A model generated the notes under the pieces. The model made no database searches. It was not told the DNA's origin and saw nothing but the letters and a program-made list of their open reading frames with translations. This document shows positions 49,071 to 60,830 of a DNA stretch of 64,000 nt, piece after piece. The stretch is from Vicugna vicugna (Eukaryota): NCBI GenBank assembly GCA_013265495.1, contig MU062470.1:1789652-1853651 (forward strand). Reading direction: 5' to 3'. How positions within the stretch are numbered: position 1 is the first letter of the stretch; each line of letters begins with the position of its first letter. A program made the translations under genes and the position numbers.

Positions 49071-50744
49071 GGAACACACCCTTTGAAGAACCAGCAATAC
49101 CGACCCCTTTCCTCTAAATCTCGTAATTTCTCCGTTTCAGCTGAGGGTGACTTTTAGGAAAGAGTATCTCTTAGAGTAACTTCTGAGTTTCAAAGCACCT
49201 TCAGTTTAATTTTCTTCTATTAAATTCAGAAAAATCAGATTGAATACTCTCATTGATAATGACAGTTGAGTGTGTTTCGCTCCCTCCGTGGTGCCTGGGG
49301 CGGCCTGTGTAACGCTCACGCCGTGTCAACAGCCGTCATCTCTGGGAGTGGAAGTGGGTAATTAAAGCTCCACCTTTCTAGGGGCTGCATTTTTGTACTT
49401 TATATCACAAACTCCAGCAACATTTATAAAAATAATGGAGTGAATTTTCTTTTAAAAAAAGGAAAGAAGCAAAGTATGCCAGGATGGCCTAAGGGGGTAG
49501 ATCCAAGGGGAAAAGGGAATGTAGGGGTTTTGTTTTTCTCATTAAAACTGGGGTTTAAAGAGATTTTAACAGAGTCTGAAGCAGCTCTAAAACAGCCGAA
49601 GCCCCCTGGCTGGACAGGCTGCAGTCGGGGCTTCCCTGCGGCCAGCGTAACCCCATCACTGTGAACTTTAGAGACAATCGTAGGAAACAGGGAAGAACTG
49701 GAAAGGCCAGACTTCGGAACGTGGGGATCTAATTTTCAAAAATGGGTTTTTAAAACCCTATCCTGTGTTTACGTTTATCTTGGAAACGTTCTGTGACAGG
49801 TTTCTAACGAGGTCCTCTACAAACACACGTAGCTGATGTGCATCCTGTTTGGGGAAAAAAGGGTCCTGTCGCCCTAAACCGTTTCTGTTTTCGATAGGCT
49901 TGCCGGGAAGACCAGGGAGGTGTGTAAATACGCTCCATCGGGACCCCAGCCCGGTGCCCTCCAGAACCACGCGGGCCAGCGAGCAGTGCAGGCGGAGGAT
50001 GGCAGCGACGAAGCGAGGGCGGTAAGCGCTGCACGCAGGGCCGGGGCGGCGGTGGGGGGGGTGCGATGCCGCTGGGAGGGGTCCGTGTGCCCGGGCCCGG
50101 TCCTCAGGGGGCTGTTTGACAGCGGTGGTGCCGGTGGCGTCAGGGTGCCCAGGTGCCTGGCATCCAGAGCTGCACCAAGGACATGGTGTCCCTGTCTCCC
50201 GAGGTGTTTCCATCTTTACAGGCAGGAAAAAGGCAGCTAGTTGCAGGTCCAAGGAAGAGGAGAGGAGGCTGGCATCCACCCAGGAATCGGGGGTCCTCAG
50301 GAGGCCTCCCCCCACGGGTGAGCGTGGAGGGTCCCAGAGTGGCCCCCCTCGGGGACAACACCCGCTGTGAAGCCCCCCGAGACTAACGTGTGTACGCCAG
50401 ACACCAGCTCAGCGGGTCCGCTGGGACCGGAATGCTCCTGACCCAGCTCGGGACTCTCGGGTGGCCCCTCATCTGTGTTGGGACAGTGGCCTGAGGAGTG
50501 TGCCCTCAAATGGCAGTGGTGTCCGGGGCTCAGGGGTCATGGTGTGATTTCGTCCATGCTGGGGAGGCAGTTCCAGAAAGTGGTGTCCCCACCCCCTGGC
50601 AGCTTCTGGACCCCTATTCTGGTCTCCTCTGGTCATGCTTTGCCCTCCGAGCAGACTGCCCCCCACCTGTTTCTGCCTCCCCCAGACTCCGGCCAACCCC
50701 GGGTGTGGAGGTGCTCTCTCTGCTCTTCGAGAGCTGCGTCCAGG

Positions 50745-50830
50745 AAGGCCCCCAGGGTGAAGTGCATGCCTTGGCCACCCAGGATTGCATGGCTGGTAAG
50801 CGGCAGAACTAGAATTTGAACCCAGGTTCG
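50745..50830 (-). mobile_element. MIR SINE fragment
   Basis: ggctggtaagcggcagaactagaatttgaacccagg. Confidence 0.75.
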
Positions 50831-50861
50831 GATGACCTTGAACTAGGATGACCTTGAACTA
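50830..50861. repeat. Perfect 16-bp tandem duplication (GGATGACCTTGAACTA)x2
   Basis: Seen directly; each unit contains TGACCTTGA. Confidence 0.95.
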
Positions 50862-53134
50862 AGTTCTTCCCACCGTGTGGGGCTGCACACGCCAACAGCT
50901 AGAAACACAAGAGACTAAGGGATCGGGATTTGAATACTAAGAGAGATTAGAACTCTGTGCTGGATTTATCAGGTTGTGCTCTGTGAGTGGCCACAGCGCG
51001 TCCCGCACTCACGCTCGTGAGACCAGCTGCGCAATTATGGTGCGGCATGTCAGAGGAAAGCGCGCTTTCAGTGGACGCCATTTGAGTCCTGCGGTGACTT
51101 TGGACCGTGGCCCCCCGACCCCCTGATTCCATCACTGCGTGTAAGTTCCCTCTGCCCTGCGCCCCGGTCGTGGCTGGGCTGTGCCCCCGGCTGGAGCTGT
51201 CACCGCCTGTGTCCTGGGCAAGCAGATGACAAACAGGCTTGGTCTTTCTGGTGTCTGAGGAGCTTGGAAGGCCTGGGGATGTTTAGCCAGAGGAGAAGGG
51301 AATTCATAAGAACTGAGTGCCCAAAAGGCCATCCAGCCAGAAGAGGGACTGGCACCAGAACCAACACTGGAGCCAGAGACCTGTTTCCACTCCATCTGAC
51401 GGCTAACCTCCCTGAGAAACAGCAGCCAGGGTGGCCAAGAGCACGCTGCAGACCCCAGCCTTAAACTTGCATCACCTGTGGATTCTGAGTGAATCAGTCT
51501 CATCACCTGTGAGGGCGACTCCAACTGCATCTCCCTGAGGATGGCTCGGGGCTCCAGGGAAGTGTGTGTGGTGCTCAGAGCCGGCCCCACGGCGTTACTG
51601 CTCCTCACCTGCACGGTGCCCCAGGGAGCAGGGGCTTCATGGCTGCCTTTCCCTGGGCTTTCCCAAGCTCAGGCCCTCTGTTTCGTTCAACAGCCGATTT
51701 AGGAAGATTTACACCAGTGAAAACGCCATCAGAACAACCTGTCATTCACAAGAACGTGTTGACTGAAGTTCTCGATGGCCAAACAGACTTTCGCCTCATC
51801 GATATTCTTGAATCGATTATCAATGAAACACGGGATTCGGGGAGAAGCCCACCCTCCGGACCATTCCCCATTTCGTCTGGGGCGTGATGTCTGCAGGGAC
51901 GGGCGTATCTGGGCCCACGGCCCTGCAGACGTGGTTCTGCGACTTCCCAGCACAGCTACTGCCGATGCTCATTCATCGCTTTCCTGGTTTTCAGGGTTTT
52001 GTGGTCGTTGACGCAAAACAGGGCCCAAGCGTTTGACGTTTCTACTTGGCGAGCTCCTTGGTGGACTGTGGTCACCAGGTCTTCGGTGTTTCTCAGAATG
52101 ATGCTGAGAAAGGAAAAACTGTGACAAGTGGGTTAATAAACGGGCATTCTGACGTCTGAGAGCAAAGACGCAGAGGCCAACGAGTCGCGTTTCGTAGAAG
52201 GCGGTCAGATTACACTTGGAGATGGTGGCGGCTTTTCTTTCATTTCTTTGTTCTTAGCATTTTTTTTGAGCACGAGGAGTAAGCTATGCATCTTGGAGAA
52301 GCTGTTTCAGAGGGACTGTGTGTCTTTGGCCTTTCAGTTTGATGGGTTTTTTTAATAATCATGGACTCAACTCTGAAGCTGCTGCTCGTATTTCCCTCAT
52401 AAATAAAGAGCGGCTGTGAAAGCAGCTCCATGTGTGACCTCACGTGCTCCCCTTGGTGGGGCTCCTTCCCTTGGGGATAAACTGCTCCCCAGAGAGAGCG
52501 TGTCACCAACAGGGAATAGTCCAGTGTCCTAAGACAGCTAATTCTTTTTTAAAAAAATTACAAACTCATAAAGACTATTGTTACCTGCTCCTCTGAAGGC
52601 GAGAGACATGATGGTACCAAAAAAGGAAACAGCCCCACTCCTGCGGAAGCAAGTGGCGCCCCGAGGGTTCGCGTCCTCTAACCATTGAACTGTCTCTCGT
52701 GAATCCACGATCTGGGTCCCTTAGGTTCCTCTCGATGGGCTTCGCCTTTAGGTAATTGTTCCTTTAGAAAATCTTTCTAACTCAGAGCACAAAGAGACAG
52801 GTAAAGAGAGCCGTTTAGTGAACTCCTGTTTCGGGAAATTGTCCGGCCTAAGGCCATTTGGATTAAAATCTGCTCAACTTCAGACCACAGTCTAGATGCG
52901 ACTTTCTCCAGCAGTTCTCCCTGAGTCCTCGAGACACAGTTCACCAGTCCCCGCCCCCACCCCAAGGGCTCTGCAGGCACCCTACCCCCTCCTCACACGG
53001 TTCTGCACCCGCACACGGCGGATACTCGGTCCCCTTGTCTACACCCGCCGCCCACGTCTGCCTCGTTCAGAATACTGAGTGCTTCGCTGAGTACCTCACA
53101 AGCAGGATGTCAGAACATCTGTTGAATAAATGAG

Positions 53135-53270
53135 TTTTTATGAGGTCTTGGGTTCAACCCTCCAGTCCCTCTACTAAAAATGAATAAATATAATTACCTC
53201 CCCCTGCCAAAAATAATTAAAGAATACAATCATAAATAAATAAAAATAAAGAAACTAAAAAAATGACATT
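53135..53270 (+). mobile_element. 5'-truncated Vic-1-like SINE
   Basis: atgaggtcttgggttcaaccctccagtccctctactaaaaatgaataaatataattacctcccc plus an A-rich tail. Confidence 0.75.
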
Positions 53271-54369
53271 CATAAAAGTGAAACTGTCCAGTCAGCAGGC
53301 GCCTGGATGATTCATAGGTTCACATCCCAGAAAACTTCTGCTGGGACGTGGAGCACCTCCAGGGGCGACTGAAGAGGGAAATGGGCGAGGAGGTGGAGCC
53401 TTTGTGTCTGCAGTCCTGCTCCACGCCAGTCTGGGGTTTGGACACGTTCTTCCCAGGGCCGCCACCTGGGGACAGGCGGCCTGCCGGGTGGGACACAGCC
53501 CCGGACCTAAGCTGAGGTGGAGATGCTTGGGGCCCAGGGCAGGTCAGGAGCACAGCCTGGCCCGCCCTCCTGTTGTTCCAGTCAGATCGGATCAGGAACC
53601 AGGCAGGCGGGAGGCAGGTGGGGGGCCCTCCAGCTGGGTCACCTGTCCACAAGCATCCTGCCAGTGCACCCTGGCCGTGCTGCCCTCCAAGCCACCAAGT
53701 CACTGTGTGCCTGGTGCGGGCAGGAGGGGAAGCACCCACACCAGGTTCTCCAGGTGGGAGCTGACGGGGCGCTGGCTAGAGACGCAGACTCCTGATCTCG
53801 CCCCCAGAATTACAAGCACTCTAGGGGATCCTGCAGCTGGCGGTCTGACAAGGGGGCACTCTTGGGACCAGGGCCTGGGTCTGTCCCCAGACCCTGCAGT
53901 GACTGACACCAACCCCTCGCAGGTAGAGTCCTTGCCCTTGGAGAAAAGTGCTTTTCTCTGGGGCATTTCCAGCCCCTCTTTTATGAAGAGGACGTCATAT
54001 CAGACCTGCATTGCTTTCCATCCAAACAGCAACTGGGAACTCATCCTGTTTTGCTTTGGGGTGAAATGAAGAGCAGTAATTGGACCTATTGCTTTTTTGT
54101 CTCGATTGTCCTTTTTTGTAAGAAAGCAAAAACCAAGCAAAATACAGATGGATGCGGACACTTGTGCCTGACTCAGCAGTATCTGTGAAAGCGAAAGCGC
54201 TGCTGGAGCCGGGCAACCCCCGGGGCCCAGGCGAGGCCGCTTTGTGCCGCGGGGCCAAGGAGCAGCCCCGCCCAGGCCCAGGCCCCGCCCGCCCCCGTCG
54301 CGCAGGCCGCGCGCGGGAAGTCCAGCAAGAGCAGACCTTTGTTTCACCCAATTAATGCTTTTACGTCTT

Positions 54370-54545
54370 TTTTTTTTTAGAAACAGCTTTATTGAGATAC
54401 AATTTACGTACCAAACAATTCACCCATTTAAAGTGTACAATTCCTTGGTTTTGGAATATTGTGTTACTTGTTCAGTTGTGGTAAATAAATATATAACAAA
54501 TCTGCCATTTTAGTTATTCTTGGGTGTGCAATTCAGTTCTCACCC
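54370..54545 (-). mobile_element. L1MB-like 3' UTR fragment
   Basis: cagctttattgagatacaatttacgtaccaaacaattcacccatttaaagtgtacaattc. Confidence 0.85.
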
Positions 54546-54574
54546 ATTAGCATGATTTTTTTTTTGAGGATTCG

Positions 54575-54740
54575 GAAAAATTGGAATCCTCGTACGTGGC
54601 AGGTGTGAATGTGAAAGGGAAACTGCCTGGTGGCACCTCGGAAAGTGAAACAAACATGACCCAGCGATTCCACTGCCAGGGATTATGCCCAAAGAGTGGA
54701 AAACAGGGACTCAGACAGGTGCTTGTGTGTGAATGTCTCC
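54575..54740 (+). mobile_element. L1 ORF2 3' fragment (sense)
   Basis: aaattggaatcctcgtacgtggcaggtgtgaatgt...atgacccagcgattccactgccagggattatgcccaaagagtggaaaacagggactcagacag. Confidence 0.75.
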
Positions 54741-55059
54741 AGAGGAGGAAAGGTTTGTTGTTTAAAAGTGATCATTTTGAGAAAGTGTTTTTCGTCCTGT
54801 CTTTTCTCGCGTGGTTGCTGCTTTCTGCTCCTACCCTCTCCGCCCAGCTCGCTGCAGGTTTGTCTTCAGGTTAAGCTTCGACACGAAGCCTAGGAGCTTC
54901 CTTTTCCCCTTGTTTTCTCTCTCTTCTTGCGCTGGAGTTTCCACTAAACAAAGGTGACACTATGTAAAAAATTCCTAGTGGGAGGACTCAGAAGAGAAAG
55001 CATTATCAGATGGCCTCTGACATTTGATAACAAAGAGAGTTTGTAAACCACATTCGTTG

Positions 55060-56000
55060 TTTTAATTTAATGTAAGTTTTATCAAGTTTGTGGGCACAGG
55101 GCTGTCCACAGAATTCGCAGTTGTTCACGGCCGTGTTGATCATTCTTTCTGCGTCCTTGGGACCTTTAGTGGTGGCCCTCTTCCATTTCTGATGCTAGAA
55201 ATGTATGTCCTCCCTTTTTTTCTTAGCCTTTTTTTCTTAGAGGCTAATTGATTTTGATCCACCCTTTCAAACACCAGTTTTTGGTCTTGTCGGTTTATTC
55301 TGTTGGTTTCCTGTGTTCAGTTGGTTTCCCGGGTTCGGTGTCGCCGACTCCGCTCTGGTTTTTCTGGCTCCCTTTCTCCCTCCCGCTTTGGGTTTGATTG
55401 CTCTTTTCTTCTAGTTTCCTAAGGTGGCAGCTTAGACGGTTGACTTTGGGTCTTTCTTCTTTTCTAATCTACGCATTCAAGGCTGTAAGTTCCTCTCCAA
55501 GCACTGCTTTTGCTGTATCCCCCACACTTCGATAAGTTGCGTTTTTGTTTTCTTTCAGTTCGAAGTATTTGTTGATTTCTCCTAGTTTCCCTGCGATCAG
55601 GCCTTGTTAAGAGGAACCAAACGCTCAGGTGTGTTTCCAAGTGGTTCCGTTTCCTTCCCGTGCAGGGAGCACGCGGGGGTTGTCCCGGGACACTCCCCCC
55701 ACTGGCTACCCTGGAGTTTTGGAGGCTGAGATGCCCAGGAGGCCCAGCGTCAAGCACAGCGTGGGGCGTCACCTCCGCGTGGTCCCACGGCCTCCTGTTT
55801 CTGGGTTTCTGCTCCGGTAAGTTGTTTCTCCTGTTGGTCTCTCACACTTTGGGGGGCACTGGTTTTCCCCATGACCTCCCTTCTCTCAAGGCTCTAAGGA
55901 GAGTTGTTGATTTTTCAGTTTTCTGGCTTTTTACCTGGCTTTTAGTGAACAGCGGTGGCTTCAGAGTTTCTTACCTGCAGAAGCAGGAAGTGGAAGGGGC
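55060..56000 (-). mobile_element. Old L1: ORF2 fragment (~55060-55640) and L1M 5' region (~55770-56000)
   Basis: ctaaggtggcagcttagacggttgac...aaggctgtaagttcctctccaagcactgcttttgctgtatcccc; and ctaaggagagttgttgatttttcagtttt...cagagtttcttac. Confidence 0.8.
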
Positions 56001-56587
56001 TGAACGTGCTTTGCAGGAAGGATTTATCTGGACTGTCTTGGGGTTTAATGCTTCCCGCTAGGGGAATTCCAGGTTCTTGGGGTCTCAGCGTTGGTGGGGT
56101 TCATCCTATGGGGAGCAGCGTCAGTAGAGCAGGGGCCACAAGCAGGCCCTTGGGGGTCTACTCCAAAGCCCAGGCCACCCTTGTCTGTGAAGCAAACTTA
56201 ATTAGGAGATAAGGCGACAGAGGTGGGGAGTTAGGGAAGAAACTCAGACCTGGGTATCCCCTTGGGTCTGCAGCAAGCCCCTCTTTCTCAACAGTAGATG
56301 AAAGTGCTTTGAACTGCGCGTGGTCCCATCGAGAGGGACGCATGTGGCCGCTGCCCAGGCTGCAGAAGGGACCACGCATCCCCCATGCACGGGGCACAGG
56401 TCCCCAGCCCTGACACAGGTGGCCGCACCAGCCACACCACACGAATCTGCACTTCCACACACCGCCGGCTTCAGGCGCTTGCTTTCTGCTGCAAGAGAAC
56501 AGTCTGGGTTCTGACATCGGGACGTGTATGCAGGCGATACCTTCAGTTCAGCAGGGCTGCACGAGGGCAGGTCTGATTTGTGTGATG

Positions 56588-57001
56588 AGCCCAGGCCCTG
56601 GGTGCATCTCACCCCACCTTTGGGATTCTTTGTGCAGCTGAGGCTCCTTTGGGGTAAAACCAGAACTCCACACAAGGCCCTTCTAGGCATCACATTTAGG
56701 AACGAAGCCCAGGCCCCTGGCAGAACTCACCCCACCTTTGGGATTCTTTGTGCAGGTAATTTATGTTTGGGGTATAACCAGAACTCCACACAAGGCCCTT
56801 CTAGGCATCACATTTAGGAACGAAGGCATAAAATCTACCAGAATCAAGAAACTGATATTTTTCCTTATAATTTGTAATTTATGTTTGGGGTATAACCAGA
56901 ACTCCACACAAGGCCCTTCTAGGCATCACATTTAGGAACGAAGGCATAAAATCTACCAGAATCAAGAAACTGATATCTTTCCTTATAATTTGTAATTTAT
57001 G
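56588..57001. repeat. Compound tandem repeat, 118-bp period (A-B-A'-B-C-B-C)
   Basis: Block B (58 bp) starts at 56648, 56766 and 56884; 60-bp blocks A at 56588/56706 and C at 56824/56942. Confidence 0.95.
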
Positions 57002-57149
57002 CCTCACCCATTTGCCAAAAGCATTTGGTGTAATTTAAAGCATTAAAAGGCACAAGGGAAGACAGTTACCAGTGAAATGTGAGATGCTCAGTGAGACGTG
57101 AGGCGCTCAGCTAAGTAGGGAGAGAAATTGCTGTTCCAGGGACCTTGAG

Positions 57150-57760
57150 GCGATGGGGGTTTTACTCCTGTTTCTGACCCAAAGACAGAGTTGGTGGAAA
57201 TGGCCCCATTTTCCTTCTCAAGCTCTCCTCTCTCAGCTCTCCCTCCCGTCCTTACACCCACCCTTGGAACCCCTCTCCTACAGCCACAAAGTCACCTGCC
57301 GGCTATGTACTGTCACCCCCCCAAAGCCGTCCCAGTCAGGCTGACACATGTGGGTGCCCCAGACTCAGTGCCGCCAAGACGCGGTGCCGCCCCTCCAGCC
57401 CCACCCCCAAGTCCCCAGCTGGGGTGTCCCCCCCACTTGTCACACCTCCATTATCTCTGCTTCTCAATCGTCACCCGGGCTTATTCCACGAGTGCCCAAG
57501 CGAGTGCACGCTCTCTGCCCCACGCTCCCTCCGCAACCTACCCCCGCTCAGGTGCAGGCCCTCTGTCCCCAAATGTCGCAGCAGCCGCCTCCAGCTGCCC
57601 ACCCCCTCACGGCTCTGCAGACATTCCCTGAAAACCCAGAGCTGACCGTCTCAGGCCCTGGCTCAGGATTCAGCAAGTCCTCATGGATAACGGGCAATGG
57701 AGGCCCCTCAACATGACATGTTGTAGCCCGGTGACACAGCCCTGTCCAGCCTCCCTGAGG
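57150..57760 (+). mobile_element. Degenerate L2 fragment
   Basis: C-rich L2-like 3' region (ctctgtccccaaatgtcgcagcagccgcctccagctg...). Confidence 0.45.
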
Positions 57761-58819
57761 ATGGCCTGACCTACCCAAGCAGATTTTCCAGAGATCGCTG
57801 GTTTGTCTCTAAGAACAAGGAAAATAGTCGTACTCACCTTGTTAAAAATATTAGTAACATATTATGTGAATCCCGTCTTTCAAACAGTGAGGCATGGGCA
57901 TAATTCACCTCTAATGGTGCGGGTCACCACCCAGTTCCCACCAGGCTGTGTTGGAACAAAGCAAGGCCCTCGGGTTCCTGGGGCACCCAGACTGCTCACC
58001 TCCTCACACAAGTCCTGAGTTCCGGTGTCAGAGCTGCTGGTCCCCGACTCTGACCTCACGGGAGCGACCCCCTGGGAGCGTCCGACAACGCCTCCCACAT
58101 CTCTGATGTTCGGGCCATTGTGTCTGTAGATGTAATTGCTGGGGTGAAGCCAGGGGTCCCACTTCTGTGTGGAATTCTAAACCCGCAGGCCCTGGTCAGG
58201 GGCCCTGTCCTCTGATCAAAGTGCACGAGCTTCCTTGCGGACTGTCTCTGCCCCTCCTCCTCTCTCTCCCATGGACCTGGTGGTGGTCTCGGGCTGAGCC
58301 GGCTGGTTGATTAGCTTGGATGAAGGCGGTCTCCCGAGAGGTCTGGGGAACTGACTCAGGTGTTCATCTGTGTGTTCATGAAAGAACAAGAGATCCACCC
58401 AGAAGCCCCATCCGGGGCCTCATTGCTTCCCTCTTAACCCACGCGCCCCCTCCAAAGAAGTTCTCCTCCAAGAGCCTGAAGGTGCGTCTCCAGTGCACCC
58501 CCGGGTCCCAGCCCAGGCACCCAGCGTCCCCCACCCATGCGCGGCCTGCCCGCCAGCCCCAGTGTGGACAGAGTGTGTTGATCCCAATTCTTTGAGAGAT
58601 TGCCCCTGATCCCACAGGATGGGTCAGGCGTTAAAGACTGAAACACCTCTCAGAAAGCTGGGGAGGGTGGAGAAAGCCAGCTCAGTGCTGGCAGAAGTCC
58701 CAAGGGTGGGACCTCAGCATTTGGTCCACCAGGTGTGTCACTGAGGACATCGATTTTTTTTCCCAAGGAGGAGGATCTTTCTGATCGTGTAATAATCATA
58801 GACAAAGCCAAAGAACCAC

Positions 58820-58972
58820 NNNNNNNNNNNNNNNNNNNNNNNNNNNNNNNNNNNNNNNNNNNNNNNNNNNNNNNNNNNNNNNNNNNNNNNNNNNNNNNNN
58901 NNNNNNNNNNNNNNNNNNNNNNNNNNNNNNNNNNNNNNNNNNNNNNNNNNNNNNNNNNNNNNNNNNNNNNNN
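58820..58972. other. Assembly gap (153 N)
   Basis: Run of N. Confidence 1.
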
Positions 58973-59959
58973 GCTGAACCCTTTAAAGGTCTGTACCATC
59001 TTATAGCTCCCAACACTGTGTCCGAGTGTAAGACACTAGCTAAATTTTTCTTAACTGTTTCCCAAAGTATCCAAGTGATAGAAGTTACATGTGATAAAAG
59101 GAACCGTTTCATATGAAACAGCCTCTCGATGGTATTATGAATGACAATCAGAAGCACATGGCATTTTCCCCGGAAATAAAGTATCCACCAGGGTTGCTGG
59201 GGAAAGGCTGGGCCCCTTGGCAAGCCCTGCAGTTGGCATGTCACCTGAGCTCTGCGTTCAGAATGGACTCAGAAGGCCTCGCACCCCTTACTAAGTCACC
59301 CACACACCCCTCCTGCAGCACCCGCACTGTCTTCCCAATCAGTCTTCCCAACCAGATCCTGTGAGCATCGGCTGCTAAAACTCACACAAGGACGTTCCCT
59401 GTCGTGAAGCCCATCAGCAGGGCTACGTCGGAAGTCCCACTGTGGGCAGGCCCTGGCAGGACCTCCTGGGCTGCGCTCAGCACTGAAAACAACCAGCCGA
59501 CGTGAAGCATGTTGTCCAAAAGCCACTGGGGTCAACACTCCCCAGCACAACCGTCCGCTTTAAGTGCATGTCTCCTAATTCTCGTCTCACCAGTGTCCAG
59601 TCCGCCCGGGTAACGGCAGGGCTCCTCCTCAAGGGGCACGTCCACTGGACGGAGCAAGCAGAAAGAGGCTCCAAGCAAGAGAATGTGGGGAAAGAGGCAG
59701 ATGACACCCAAACCCCACGGGCAGGAGAGACCCACGCTCTGTGTTTGAGGCCTGGCCCGGGCTACGGCCTGGGGCAGAGTCTGTCCTCCAGCCACACGCT
59801 TCTCCTGGGGTTCTTGAGTGTTGATAAAGCAGGAGGAGAGAGCCAAACACATAACCCTGACTTAGAGTCACTCTGCTGTCGTGCAGGGGCCACTTTGGTG
59901 CCAGAAAGATCTCAGGTCAAAGCCTGGCCCCCTGGAGCAGTGGGGACCGAGGTGGGTAA

Positions 59960-60080
59960 CGGAGCCCCTCTGAGCCTCAGTTTCTCCATCTGCGGGATGA
60001 GAATGTCACTGCCGTCCTCCGTGCAGCTCTCAGGAGGAAATGCACCCAAAGCCCCAGAACCGTTCTAGCAGGTGCTGGGC
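59960..60080 (+). mobile_element. MIR SINE
   Basis: ccctctgagcctcagtttctccatctgcgggatgagaatg...aaagccccagaaccgttctagca. Confidence 0.8.
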
Positions 60081-60719
60081 GCTCGCAGGTGACACGTGTG
60101 TGATTCCTCCTTTGGGATCAGCCCTTTTATTATCTTTTAGCGTGTTTTTATCTGGCTACACTGGGTTATCTTTGATCAGAAGTGGGCAGCCAGGGTCCTG
60201 TGCCCCAAAGGCAATTTGCCAGACGGTTTCAGGTGGCAGCACAGGCCGGAGCTGGCACCAGGTCTCCTCTGGCAGAGTGGGGTCAGAGGGCCCAGGGCTG
60301 GTCCCACTGGTTCTGGGGCTTTGGAATGTCACCCAGCCTCTCTGAGACTCATTTCTTCTCTAAAGACGGCACAGCAGTGTGTGCCCTGCCTGTGGCGCAG
60401 AGGGAGGCAGGCGGGCAGGTGGCACAGACACGAGGACGAGGACCATCTGACCACCCCCCACACCCCTCCCCGGGCCCAGCCTACTGCCCGCCAGCCCTAA
60501 CACAGCACTAACCGGTCATTAAACGTCAGTGGGTGTCACCGGATCGACCCACCCAGGATGTGTGGCACGAAGCACGCTGGAGGAGGCCTCCCTCCGCCCT
60601 ACCCGCTCTGCCGGGGCCGTGGCCTCACCTCAGAGAGTGGTGCACATCCCCATCAAGTCCCGGGACGTTGGGGTGACCTCCAGGCCAGCCCCTGCTTTCC
60701 CTCTGTGCCTGTGACATGC

Positions 60720-60830
60720 TGCTCACTGGTCTAGGCGCTGTGGATGTTGCAGCAAACTAAAGCTCCCTGCCCTTAGGGGGTCACATTCTGTGGGGAAATC
60801 AGAGGAAAAGCAAGTAAGACCCACGGACCA
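60720..60830 (-). mobile_element. L2 3' end fragment
   Basis: ctaggcgctgtggatgttgcagcaaac...ctccctgcccttagggggtcacattctgtgggg. Confidence 0.65.

Noticed and set aside
51566-52011. Short ORFs with protein-like composition (e.g. IDEAKVCLAIENFSQHVLVND)
   Set aside because: Under 110 aa, no family recognised and no splice or retrocopy hallmarks; tBLASTn/HMMER would be needed to reopen.
29673-53270. tRNA genes
   Set aside because: The four tRNA-like A/B-box sequences lack a cloverleaf and have SINE tails or TSDs, so they are Vic-1-like SINEs.
55464-55772. Minus-strand 102-aa ORF
   Set aside because: Decayed L1 ORF2 (resembles the QNLWDAAKAVLRGKFIALNAY region); not a gene.
56588-57001. CRISPR-like repeat-spacer array
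   Set aside because: Spacers are duplicated, the 58-bp repeat is too long and non-palindromic, and there are no cas genes; kept only as a mosaic tandem repeat.
59106-59119. Perfect 14-bp palindrome GTTTCATATGAAAC (also a 9-bp-arm hairpin at 42637-42655)
   Set aside because: About 4 perfect 14-bp palindromes are expected by chance in 64 kb; no supporting context.
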